Of a stretch of 18,945 nt of DNA, positions 1 through 9,586 are shown piece by piece. How positions within the stretch are numbered: the stretch's first letter is position 1; every line of letters begins with the position of its first letter. Under the pieces are notes generated by a model that saw only the letters and a program-made list of their open reading frames with translations, did not search any database and was not told the DNA's origin. Where the stretch lies: NCBI GenBank assembly GCA_977017575.1, contig CDRNVI010000122.1, positions 1 to 18,945 of the forward strand, given 5' to 3'. The translations under genes were made by a program, and so were the position numbers. The stretch is from Paramoeba atlantica (lineage: Eukaryota > Protista > Discosea).

Positions 1-2
1 GT

Positions 3-365
3 CTTCTTCGCTGGCGTTACTTGCCTGATAACAGCGGAGTGTTGCATCTCTTCATTTTCGACCTCCGTGTGACCTGTGTCCGGTGTTTCATTAATCCCAC
101 CTACGATCGCGTTCGTTCGGCGGATCCAATCTTCAGGAATATTCTGAGGGATGGGGGTCGTGTAAAGGTCTTCATGGTATGTGCTCGTCCCCGTGAATAA
201 ATGTTCGTTTCCTTTAAATTGGTCCCAAGACCCCGGTCGGTGAGTTCTGCCATTAATTTCTAAGCATTTGTCGTCCGTCTCCATGGCTTCGGCTTCGTGG
301 TCCGGATTTCCGCTGTTGTCGATTATGGGAGGAAGTGTGTCTGCGGGGGGGATGATACCAGACAT
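3..365 (-). CDS. Partial ORF running off the window start (121 codons, MSGIIPPADTLPPIIDNSGNPDHEAEAMETDDK...); unknown product, possibly the N-terminus of a retroelement ORF
   Basis: Manual translation: ATG at 365 and no stop down to base 3; acidic/Pro-rich. Absent from the ORF track because it has no stop in the window. Confidence 0.5.
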   Translation of the reverse strand, partial: MSGIIPPADTLPPIIDNSGNPDHEAEAMETDDKCLEINGRTHRPGSWDQFKGNEHLFTGTSTYHEDLYTTPIPQNIPEDWIRRTNAIVGGINETPDTGHTEVENEEMQHSAVIRQVTPAKK

Positions 366-446
366 AAAAATTAACCCGTACCTCGGAAAGAGATGAAATA
401 GAAAAAATTCAACAAGGTACAGAAACTGTATCTTTATCGTTAAAGA

Positions 447-2055
447 TTTTTTTTTTTTTTTTTTTTAAACAAAGGTCTTAACAAAAACAAAGGTCTTAAC
501 AAAAGCCCGTGGAGCGCATATATTATATACGCGCCGATTATTATCAAATGTTCACATTCTAATAAACTAATATCCCTTTCTTTTCTTAAGAAGTATTTGA
601 GATGACAAGCTTAAAAACTTGTCTCAGTGTATTGGTCGTGAGCTAGAAACTGGCGGAGTTGAGCGTGGAGGATACTTCCTGCCTGTTCCTGGTGGAGTAG
701 CGTAAATGTTTCCATTACGCTGTGTCTCTCTAGCCCGCAACGGTCCGCAATAGCCCACAGGAGATTTCGAGTGGCATTGTGCATGGAACCGCAGGACAGA
801 ACAGGGATACATTCAAAGCATTCCTTGTTTATCATGCCACTGTCAACATAGCGTACACGCTTGCGTTTTATCGCTTCGTTCATGAGGAATGTCGTATTGT
901 GTTTGATATTCGAGGGAGCCAGTTCGTGAACTACTGTGAGGTCGTAGTATTTCTCTCCTGAAGCCCATTGAATTGCGAGGTCGGGGCCCGTGCGACGCAG
1001 AGTACTTCCAACACATGTCCTGGCATGTTCCGTTTTGTTTTCAGGGTGGATCGTGGCTGCGCACGCAGAGCACTCATAGTAACTGAACTGACGAGGTTCA
1101 CGTTCACACGGCAAGCCAGCTCGGAGGCATAGCTCGTAAAGGTAGCGAACAAGGGCATGATGCTTCGTAGTTACATTGTGTCCTGCACATTTGACGCATC
1201 CAGGTATGTGGGTTAGCGCTTCCGAGGAGCTTAGGAGCTTTTTGCATCCCGGGCATAGCAACGAGTTTGGCAGTTGTGGGTGGCTTATTTTTAGTCGTGA
1301 CATGATGTTTAGCGTGTAGATGTGCGAAGGAATGATTTTGCGATTCCCGATAAGCCATTCATAGCTCCATTTCTTGCTGCAAGCTTTAATCGTCGGAGCC
1401 CACTCCTTGTTTTTGAGAAGATTTGTCTGGATTTCTGTGGCTCGTTTGGTCTCCGTCACCACCTCGTCCTCAGGTGTCTTATGTGATTCCTCCAACGTCC
1501 CTGCAGGTGCTGGCGGTTCCATGCGCTGTGCCATCCGAGCTGAAAAGGATTTTTGATGCTCAAAAACGGCATGTCGCGATGAAGTGTACGCAGCGTTCCG
1601 CAAGGGTTCTGTTGCTGGAATACCCAATCCACCTTTCTTTAAAGGTAGTCTTGCTATCATTTCTTGCTCTGGACTCAGAGGTCCCAACCACGATGTGACG
1701 ACATTCTTGATCTCGTGGTCAAATTTTTGCGCTAGCTCAAGTGAGGCCTCTGGTTTATGTACCCGTACGTGATAACGGTGCCGAACGTTTACGCTACGCG
1801 ATAGCAAAAGCAGGGACGCGTTGTTGGCACCCATTTTTTTAAGACGTCTGAATATCGTACGGTGTTTTTCCAGCCTTCGGATTAATTCGGATCCTATGCG
1901 CTGTTCCTCCCCAACGAATGCACCCAGTACTTTAATGACTTCGCTCTCTGTACGCACACCTTCTTCTTTGAGTGTTGATGGAATGGGGGCGTCGCTTTTC
2001 CCTTCAAACCAGATGCATTTTTCGTTATTGAGTGCTTCGTTATTGAGTGCTTCGC
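447..2055 (-). mobile_element. 5'-truncated CRE-like RLE non-LTR retrotransposon, family B (copy B1), with 3' UTR and poly(A)
   Basis: Carries ORF 611-2077; T20 run at 447-466 is a poly(A) on the minus strand about 145 nt after the stop; 15-bp tandem duplication near the 5' junction. Confidence 0.8.
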
Positions 2056-2077
2056 TGTGGCGTTGAAACCTGTACAT
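611..2077 (-). CDS. C-terminal part of RT (thumb) + zinc finger + restriction-like endonuclease; first ~15 codons are junction sequence
   Basis: KCIWF..KVLGAFVG, LPLKKGGLGI, CPGC-x11-H-x3-C, KHHALV, EPR, GPDL..YYDLTVVH (PD-D RLE motif). The catalytic RT core is missing. Confidence 0.85.
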   Translation of the reverse strand: MYRFQRHSEALNNEALNNEKCIWFEGKSDAPIPSTLKEEGVRTESEVIKVLGAFVGEEQRIGSELIRRLEKHRTIFRRLKKMGANNASLLLLSRSVNVRHRYHVRVHKPEASLELAQKFDHEIKNVVTSWLGPLSPEQEMIARLPLKKGGLGIPATEPLRNAAYTSSRHAVFEHQKSFSARMAQRMEPPAPAGTLEESHKTPEDEVVTETKRATEIQTNLLKNKEWAPTIKACSKKWSYEWLIGNRKIIPSHIYTLNIMSRLKISHPQLPNSLLCPGCKKLLSSSEALTHIPGCVKCAGHNVTTKHHALVRYLYELCLRAGLPCEREPRQFSYYECSACAATIHPENKTEHARTCVGSTLRRTGPDLAIQWASGEKYYDLTVVHELAPSNIKHNTTFLMNEAIKRKRVRYVDSGMINKECFECIPVLSCGSMHNATRNLLWAIADRCGLERHSVMETFTLLHQEQAGSILHAQLRQFLAHDQYTETSF

Positions 2078-2116
2078 TGCACGCAGGATTTAGATACGCA
2101 GGATTTAGATTTAGTA

Positions 2117-2218
2117 CAGGATTTCACCCTTCGACTACAGGAACTTAACGGTTCAGTGGTGATGTCCCAACTCCGCAAATACATAGCCACAACTCAAGTG
2201 GACAATACCGCTTTTTAG
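2117..2218 (+). pseudogene. Last 33 codons of another family B RLE ORF (copy B5), followed by its probable 3' UTR to ~2396
   Basis: Translates QDFTLRLQELNGSVVMSQLRKYIATTQVDNTAF*, aligning to the B2 C-terminus DDFALLLQELNGSTLLSQLHRYLAAEDEGKAMF*. Not in the ORF track. Confidence 0.75.
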
Positions 2219-2396
2219 GCACGTGCGAGTTTTTCGGTAGGCGTTGACTATTGATATAAGAGTTGAAGTTTAGACGACTGAAAGTCTATGAAAAGAAACT
2301 GAGATGAATGTTCACAGACAGCCGATAGTATATCCGCTTTAAGCAGTGCAAAGTAAAGGTGTCGCCGTTCAGGCACAGTATATTAATAATAAATTA

Positions 2397-3137
2397 TTTT
2401 TTTTTTTTTTTTTTTTTGTTTTCTGTTTTTACAGTCTGCCTTCTTTTTCTATTCCGTAAAAAAAACGCCTTCAAATATCTTTTTTTTTTACTTTTTGTAT
2501 GTCTTCATATCACACATATTCATCATTTTGCACGTACCTCCTTCTAAAAAAAAGCAAACTTTCTTTCTAAAACAAAGCAACTTCAAAACATTGCCTTTCC
2601 CTCATCCTCCGCTGCTAGATAGCGGTGTAATTGAGATAACAGAGTTGAACCGTTCAATTCTTGAAGCAAAAGAGCAAAATCATCTAAAATGGACTGTCTG
2701 GAGAGTTGACAACGATCTGCTAGAGCACCTAGAAGGTTCTTTGTGTTACTATGCAACGCTCCTCCGGACAATAAAGCCAGGCACTGGAATTTCTCTTTGG
2801 CTATCAACCCTGACGAAACGTAACGCTCAAGCTTTTTGTTGGTCGCTTCCCTCATCATTTTGCACGGTTGTTTGTTCACGTGTGCCTGAGACAATTCATG
2901 GATCACAGTCAAATCGTAGAACACTGTGCCGTCCGCCCAATAAACTGCTAGATCCGGCCCTGATCGGTGGATGTTACCATGGCAGCTGCGCTGGTGTTCT
3001 AAGCGCGTTTCCTCAGTTACCGCTGACTGGCAGCTAGCGCACGCAAGAGTGGCAAATTCCCTTGGCTCTTTCTCACAAACCAGACCGCTTTTCAGGCACA
3101 AATCGTGAATATAACGGACTAAGGCATTGTGCTTGGT
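2397..3137 (-). mobile_element. 5'-truncated family B copy (B2): RLE domain (coding 2583-3137), 3' UTR and poly(A)
   Basis: TKHNALVRYIHDLCLKSGLVCEKEPREF..RSGPDLAVYW..FYDLTVIH; T21 run at 2397-2417. Confidence 0.8.
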
Positions 3138-3329
3138 AAATTATCGGAGAGAATGTTTTAATTGATCTAGTTATTGTTGAATTTTCTAGTTTGATCGGAT
3201 TATATCAAATATTATTTCTTGTGTAATAGAGACATTCAATTTCAAACAGTTACAATTTCATTTTTAACATGAAGGGGTAAGTGCAGGGATCAAGTTTTTT
3301 CAGTGATTTGAGAACTATTATCGTAATTA

Positions 3330-4806
3330 TTACCCTAATTCGGTCATTGCCAGGCAGCTGAAACTTTCTTCTGGAATTCCGCCTTGCAGGACGTATTTCT
3401 TGTGTTTACGGTCAAGAGCATTCTGCATTAACTGTTCTGTGGAGGACTTGGTGTAGCTAGGGGCACAACTGTGAACAACGGTGACGTCGTAGAGAATTTC
3501 TCCTGCATGAGACCACATAATGCCTAGGTCGGGACCGGAGCGTATGCGCCTGGCTCTGCATGGGTGATTTTCGGAGAGCTCGTCAGAGACTGTTGCCTTA
3601 CATTTAGTGCAGTAGAATGATGAATGTACTCTTGGCTCTACAACGTGAGCTAACCCTGCTTTGGCACACAGTTCTCCTAAGAAACGAACTAATCTTGTGT
3701 GTTTCTTTGTCGCATTGATTCCACAGCATTGCGTGCATCCAGGTATATGTTGAAATATCGTGTCGGACGTATCTTCTGACAGGCATCCTGGGCACACGAC
3801 TGTTTTTGGCATATTGTTGGGCACGATTCCTAGGCGCATCATTATACAAAATCGGAAGAGATATGGATTTATGTAATTGCTGGTTGAATGTAGATGTTGA
3901 AAAGATGATGATCCTCGTTCCATCAGTTCGCTGAGGCGTTTATCCTTTTTGAGCTCGGTCGCAGTGCGTTTTTGCTCGGCTCGGGTCGCTTTCATGGCCA
4001 TTCGCTTGGATGTATCGTTTGTCAGGTTGGCGTGTTCGCTTTTGGTTCTGATTCGCTTGGATCCCGCATTGACCACGGGGGCGTTGTAGGATTTTGATTG
4101 CTCTTCAATGGCCTTGCGAGAGGCAAGGAAAAAGTGCTTTTGTTTCAAGCATGACGGCGTGAGCCCGAGTCCCCCAAGATACTGTGGTAGAGTTGTTGAT
4201 TGATTGATTTGATTGAAAAAAGGCAATATATCTCCGAGGAGATGTTACCTCCCTAGGACAAGCCCCCCCTTATCGCTTGCTAGGAGCTGTGCCACGCAGC
4301 ACGCAAGTCAAATCCGAAGATTTGACCAGATCGAGCGCGAGCAGCCAGCTTATCTTTTTTAACCCCTTTTATATACTACAAGAAAATATTCTTTATGAAA
4401 AAAACACTTCTTTTGAAGTGAAAAACACAACACACTCCAAAGATTATGCTGGATGACACCCACCCTAGTTCCTTAGTACCTTGTTATATCCGGTACCGGG
4501 CGGTGTCATTCTCACGCTGCAATGTCTCTGTCCCGTCTTTGGATAGCTTTCCGCACGCTTACTAGTGAGTCTCGTGGGGCGTTGAGGAATTTTTGAGGTA
4601 GAGTGTTGAGGTAGAGTTGTTAGAGTTGTAGATGGGCCCGTCGAATTAAACCAAAGTTCAATGATACTCGTAACCTCTGCATCAAAGCGTTGTGCTAGTT
4701 CGAGAGTGGCGTCAGGTTTGTGGACTCGTAGATGGTAGTCCTGACGGGGGATCGTGCAGCGATTCAGAATTGCTAAGGAGAGGTTGCTTGGTCCCATTAG
4801 TCGTAA
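3330..4806 (-). pseudogene. Family A RLE retrotransposon fragment (A1), truncated at both ends and split by a 412-bp insertion
   Basis: LRLMGPSNLSLAILNRCTIPRQDYHLRVH..WFNSTGPSTTLTTLP joins QYLGGLGLT once 4198-4609 and one TSD copy are removed, giving a gap-free match to A2 WCDADEDALTLASLPCKMGGLGIT. Ends prematurely at MTELG*. Confidence 0.8.
4198..4609 (-). mobile_element. 412-bp retro-type insertion with 12-bp TSD and (TCAA)n-like tail
   Basis: GGTAGAGTTGTT at 4186-4197 and 4610-4621; GATTGATTGATTTGATTG at 4198-4215; interrupts the A1 reading frame. Confidence 0.7.
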
Positions 4807-5198
4807 GTTTTTTTTTTTTTGAGTTCCCGAATATATAGCCGCCCCTCGGCTAAATTTCAAAACGTGAACTATTAGTATACGAGGGTCTTTTTTTTTCTTT
4901 TCGGATACCGTTAAAACAAATTATCAATATACATTATGTAGACTGAAGTTCACCTTTTCGTACAATATTATAACAAATCGCATTTTCTTTTTTTTTTTAG
5001 GACTACGAACCAGCTGTTCCTCTCCTACACCCTTCTCGTTATTTATACGCAGTAAATGCTGATTTTTTTTTTGGCCGGATTAAAACTCAAATCAGAATTT
5101 TGAGGTGTAGCATACTTCTTATTCTACATATAAATGCTTCAATTACTTTCACAAGTTCTCATTATCGTATGATGATGATGTATATTTATACGAAGATA

Positions 5199-6915
5199 TT
5201 TTTTTTTTGGGTGTGCACCCCCCTAGGCCCACCGGAAGCCTACCCACTTTTCATATGGATTTTCATCATATAAAAATCCATTTCTAAAGAAAATCCATTT
5301 CTAAAGAAAATACCTTTCTTTCTTAAGCAAAAAGGAATTTTGTCCTTTTAATAGCCCTCAGAGTTTAGTGTCCTGTATCTGTGCCCATGTTGTCGTTGTT
5401 GGGTCCTGTATTTGTGCCCATGTTGAATAATACGAGATAGAATTGACTTTGGAGACTAGAAGATTATTTGGCTTCAAAGGCTTATGCCACCTAGCCATTT
5501 TTCACCCTGTATGTGGTTCCGCAATTGCGATACGATAGTGTAAGCCGCAAACTTTTCATTTTCCAATTGAAAAGCTTCACGTATAACTTTTGGGTCAGAA
5601 TCCGCTCGTTTTGCAAGGGCTTTGATCAAGACCTTGGTATCTTCATGTAACATTCCACAATCCGTTAAAGCGATGCAACGAAAATACTCTGGTTCTAATC
5701 CCTTCTCTACAACGTATTTCCGATGTTTTCTTTCTACGGCACTCTCTAACAGGGCTTTGCTGGTCTGTTTCTGGTAACTGCTGCATAGTGTGTGGACAAC
5801 TGTGACATCATATAGAACTTCTCCAATATCTGGCCACATTATCGCCAGATCTGGGCCAGATCGTATACAACGAGCTCGGCATGGGTGCCTCTCTGCTGCT
5901 TCTGGTGATATGGAGCACTTGCACTTTGTGCAGAAAAACGAGGAATACAGACGCGGTTCCACGGCACATGGTAGGCCTGCTTTCCCACACAGATTTGATA
6001 GGTATCTCACAATGTGTGAGTGCTTTCTTGTGCAATTCATTCCGGCACATTTCGAGCATCCGGCGACATGAGGAATTATACCAATCGGCGATTCACTGAT
6101 CCCACAGCCTGGGCAAGAGATTGTACTTGAAGCATTAGGCAGTCCAATAGCTAATCTCATCTTGAGTGTTTGCTGAAATAAGTACGGGTTTACATAATTG
6201 TTTGTCGAGAGTAGATGATAATTCGCTTCTTTGGAACGTTTTATAACCCCACTGAAACGAGGATTCGATTTCAGCTCCGCTGCTAGCTTTTCGTGCTCAC
6301 TATTTGCCATTTTTTTTCATTGCAGTACGTGCGCATTGTGATCCCGTTGTCCTCATACCTTTTCGTTGCTTCTCAAATTTTTCTATCGGAGCTTCATGTG
6401 GTTTGAATTGCTCATCGATAGATTGACGAGAAGCGTCAAAGAGGTAACGATGTTTTAGGATCGTTGAGGTTATTCCCAGTCCTCCCATTTTGCATGGCAA
6501 AGAAGCGAGCGTTAGAGCATCTTCGTCAGCGTCACACCATTTCACTAAGACCTGCCGGATCTCCTTATCGAATTCCTGTGCTAGAAGAAGGGAAGCTCCC
6601 GGTTTGTGTACTCGCAAGTGATAATCATAACGTGGTAATGTACAGCGTTTGAGAATTGCTAGTGAGAGATTGCTTGGGCCCATGCGACTGAGTCTTCGAA
6701 ACAAACAGTTGTGTTTTTCTAATTTTTCAAGGAGCATGCGTTCTACTGCTTTGTTACTCCCTATGTATCCTCCAAGTACTTTGATCGTGTCAACGCAGTC
6801 TTGAACCTAGTTCTCGGAGTGTCGAACCTTTGAAGTGCTGTGCCTTAGACCCTTGAAAAATTTCGCATTTCCGGAAGTTTATTTCCAAGTTCAAGTCGTT
6901 CGTAAGCTCTAAGAG
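5199..6915 (-). mobile_element. Family A copy A2 (coding ~5474-6915, two frameshifts), 3' UTR and probable poly(A)
   Basis: LLELTNDLNLEINFRKCEIF..ELG / CVDTIKVLGGYIG..GGLGIT / ..CPGC..EPR..SGPDL..YDVTVVH. Frameshifts near 6810 and in the A8 run at 6310-6317; T10 at 5199-5208. Confidence 0.8.
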
Positions 6916-6989
6916 TTTACGAAAAGAATTTTAGGAAGTGTGCAGTGGTTAACGTGTTTCATGCACGCACCAACCAGTGCAATCTTGAA
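6908..6989 (+). repeat. 82-bp direct repeat, copy 1 (identical to 11370-11451)
   Basis: TCTAAGAGTTTACGAAAAGAATTTTAGG...CCAGTGCAATCTTGAA compared base by base. Confidence 0.95.
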
Positions 6990-7122
6990 TACATCTTTAG
7001 CATATACTGCACTTTTACGCATAAACTTTACGTGTAATGTACTTTTGTTTCGTTATTTCATATAATATTTCTTAGAAGAAGATTCTTAGGACAATATTTT
7101 CTTCACTTTACTTCGATAATTT

Positions 7123-8145
7123 TTGCGCCCACCCACCGGCCCACAATCTTTTGTGGAGGCTGACCGCGACAAAAAAGTCAGACGCAGCCATAGAAACCTC
7201 CCTTCAAACTATGAGAGGAATGTGGGCAACAAGCACGTGGGCCACGAGGGGACGCTTGTGGCACCAACTAAACGAGTTTTGTTGCAGGAAAAGCCTAGAG
7301 GTGACTCCCTTGTCCGCCGTAGCATACTTGGAAACGTTGACAATAGCGGTCACAACGAAACTCACATACGCCCGAAACTTGATGGCCATATTCAATGGTC
7401 TACAAATGAACACGAATGCGATAAAATTTCGTTGCAAAACATTGTTATCCGAGGGGGCTGCGGAGCCGATTCATCAAATGAAACCGATAACGCCTCTACT
7501 TCTCGCGCAATTGCGAAGCAATCTAACGAGATCCCAGGACATAGCCGCACTAATATGTTGGAAGGCGGCGTCCCGGTGGACCGAAACGTCAAACTTAGTC
7601 AAAGAACAATTTTGCCACGTCACGAGCGCAAGAGTAGTCATATGGTGGGGACGAAAGACGAAGACGACTCGATTAGACCCGTATCGGGCGTCGATGTACG
7701 CTGTGCTGGAGGGGGACGGGACGAGCGAAATAGCGCAACAAGTTTCAAAGATGAAAAAAGGGGTTCTCCTCTGCAAAACAACCGTGCGCGAAATGGACAC
7801 AATAATTCGTTCGACTCTCGGGGACGGCTACGGAACGCATTCGCTGAAACGAGGGGCGATAACGTATCTATTCGAACAAGTGGCAAGAGGCCTCTTAACC
7901 CTGGAAGAAGTGCAACGTCTAGCGAAGCATCAAGAAGCAGAATCGTTGTTCCGATACAACGAGAACCCCTTGACAACAGCTCTTGCACTAGGGACCCAAA
8001 AAGCGACACAACTATTACCAATATGATGGGCTATAAAGACTTCGAATCGTACCTCGATGATTATCCTCTCAAAAAACGTCACACAATAGTGCGACCGCAA
8101 AAAGTAGCAACGCTACTTTTTCGAAGCGTCCCTAAAATCTATTGA
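7123..8145 (+). CDS. 340-codon ORF overlapping the YR in another frame; probable N-terminal extension of the RT/RNase H ORF, cut at ~8135 by copy A3
   Basis: No stop across the whole YR. Ends in MMGYKDFESYL..TLLFRSVPKI, resembling LLLHIKPDIPRI at the start of the 9605 RT ORF. Confidence 0.45.
   Translation: MRPPTGPQSFVEADRDKKVRRSHRNLPSNYERNVGNKHVGHEGTLVAPTKRVLLQEKPRGDSLVRRSILGNVDNSGHNETHIRPKLDGHIQWSTNEHECDKISLQNIVIRGGCGADSSNETDNASTSRAIAKQSNEIPGHSRTNMLEGGVPVDRNVKLSQRTILPRHERKSSHMVGTKDEDDSIRPVSGVDVRCAGGGRDERNSATSFKDEKRGSPLQNNRARNGHNNSFDSRGRLRNAFAETRGDNVSIRTSGKRPLNPGRSATSSEASRSRIVVPIQREPLDNSSCTRDPKSDTTITNMMGYKDFESYLDDYPLKKRHTIVRPQKVATLLFRSVPKIY
7151..8026 (+). CDS. Tyrosine recombinase of a TATE/VIPER (DIRS-order) retrotransposon; start uncertain (TTG, frame open upstream)
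   Basis: Catalytic set AASR..KTK..HSLKRGA..AKH..FRY (R-K-HxxKR-H-Y). Confidence 0.85.
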   Translation: MWRLTATKKSDAAIETSLQTMRGMWATSTWATRGRLWHQLNEFCCRKSLEVTPLSAVAYLETLTIAVTTKLTYARNLMAIFNGLQMNTNAIKFRCKTLLSEGAAEPIHQMKPITPLLLAQLRSNLTRSQDIAALICWKAASRWTETSNLVKEQFCHVTSARVVIWWGRKTKTTRLDPYRASMYAVLEGDGTSEIAQQVSKMKKGVLLCKTTVREMDTIIRSTLGDGYGTHSLKRGAITYLFEQVARGLLTLEEVQRLAKHQEAESLFRYNENPLTTALALGTQKATQLLPI

Positions 8146-9586
8146 TGAGCGATCGAAACCCATTAATGCTCCGGTAGATAAGGGAGGCAAGAAACAAGCC
8201 GACAGCACACAAACGAATTCACAAGCTGCACGCACCCAGCTAAGAAAGAGCATGAAGAATGAACACGAGAAGACAGCAGCAGAATTGAATGCAATACCGA
8301 GATTCCAAAATATCATAAAGCGAACGAAGGAGGCGAACAATCACTTAGATTCAACGTGCAACTACGTAAATCCATATCTTTTTCGTTACACTCTAATGAT
8401 GCGCCTAGGAATTGCTCTAAGTAATGTGTCAGGCGAGATTACATGCCCTGGATGTGGAACAATCGAAACATCAAGTAAAATCATTCCTCACGTAGCGGGA
8501 TGTTCACGATGTGCTGGCATGAATTGCACGAGAAAACATTCTCATTTGGTACGCTATATTGCCGAAATGTGTTCCAAAGCTGGTCTTCCATGTGCGATCG
8601 AACCTCGTATTCATGCGTCCTTTTTTTGCACCAAATGCAAGTGCTCAATTTCCCCAGAAGCGGCGGAATACCATCCTTGCCGAGCGCGTCGAATTAGATC
8701 TGGCCCAGACCTAGCGATTATGTGGCCAGATGTTGGAGAAATTTTATACGACGTTACCGTGGTACATACGTGCTGCAGCAGCTATGCAAAGCAGAGCAGC
8801 AATGCCCTGCTGCAGAGTGCGGAAGAGCGGAAGATAGCAAAATATGTCAAAGAAAAAGGTCTTGATCCAGAATGCTTTCGCTGCATAGCTGTGACAGATT
8901 GTGGAGTACTACATGAAGAGACAAAGGTTTTGCTGAAAACATTGGCGAAAAGAAATGATGTTGATTACAAGATTGTACGAGAAGCTTTTCAACTTGAACT
9001 GGAAAAATATTCAGCCTATGCAGTCGTCTCTCAATTGCGCCAATATATAGAAACCGAGAAATGGGTAGGAGGACTCCGTCTTTAAACACTCCTCTGAATA
9101 TTACATTTTCGCTGCTTTTAACATTTCGTTAATAATGTTTCGTTGCTTTCAGCCTTTGGTGATTAATAATGTTTCGTTGCTTTCAGCCTTTGGTGATTAA
9201 TAATGTTTCGTTGCTTTCAGCCTTTGGTGATTACTGTTTCGCTGCTTGGTTAGGTTTCAGCCTTTGGTTATTTTTGTTTTGCTGCTTGGTGATTATTGTT
9301 CCGCAGCTTTCAGCTCTTGGTTGTTACTGTTTCGCTGCTTTGGGTTATCACCGTTTCGCTGCTTTGAGTCGTCACTTTTTCGCTGCTTTCAGCATTCGGC
9401 TATTACTGTTTTGCTTTTTTGAGTAACATGTGAATAAATAAAGGAACGTAAAACACGTGAAACTATTATTTTGAGTATACAGCAACATTGTATACTGCCA
9501 TTGTATACTACAACAAGACGTTAAAGTCGTAAAAAAAAAAGACTAAATCATTGATCGACTAAAAAAAAAAAGTCGCAAAAAAAAAA
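8135..9586 (+). mobile_element. 5'-truncated family A copy A3 (coding 8135-9085), 3' UTR with minisatellite and interrupted A-rich tail
   Basis: KSIDERSKPINAP..NYVNPYLFR..CPGC..EPR..SGPDL..YDVTVVH..WVGGLRL*; three A10-11 runs between ~9531 and 9586. Confidence 0.8.
9105..9420 (+). repeat. Minisatellite: three perfect 34-bp units (9130-9231) plus degenerate units with core TTTCG(C/T)TGCTT
   Basis: TAATAATGTTTCGTTGCTTTCAGCCTTTGGTGAT x3, then shorter diverged units. Confidence 0.9.

Noticed and set aside
4216-4350. Hammerhead or HDV-like ribozyme, snRNA, SRP or vault RNA
   Set aside because: No CUGAUGA/GAAA core, no convincing HDV J4/2 or pseudoknot, and no recognisable snRNA/SRP motifs by eye.
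4515-4590. KAIQRRDRDIAA* as a TnpB/Fanzor RuvC-III (DRDxNAA) end with an omega-RNA
   Set aside because: The conserved Asn and the upstream Cys finger are absent, and the fragment is too short to support the call.
9105-9420. CRISPR array
   Set aside because: Units are contiguous with no unique spacers and no cas genes are present.
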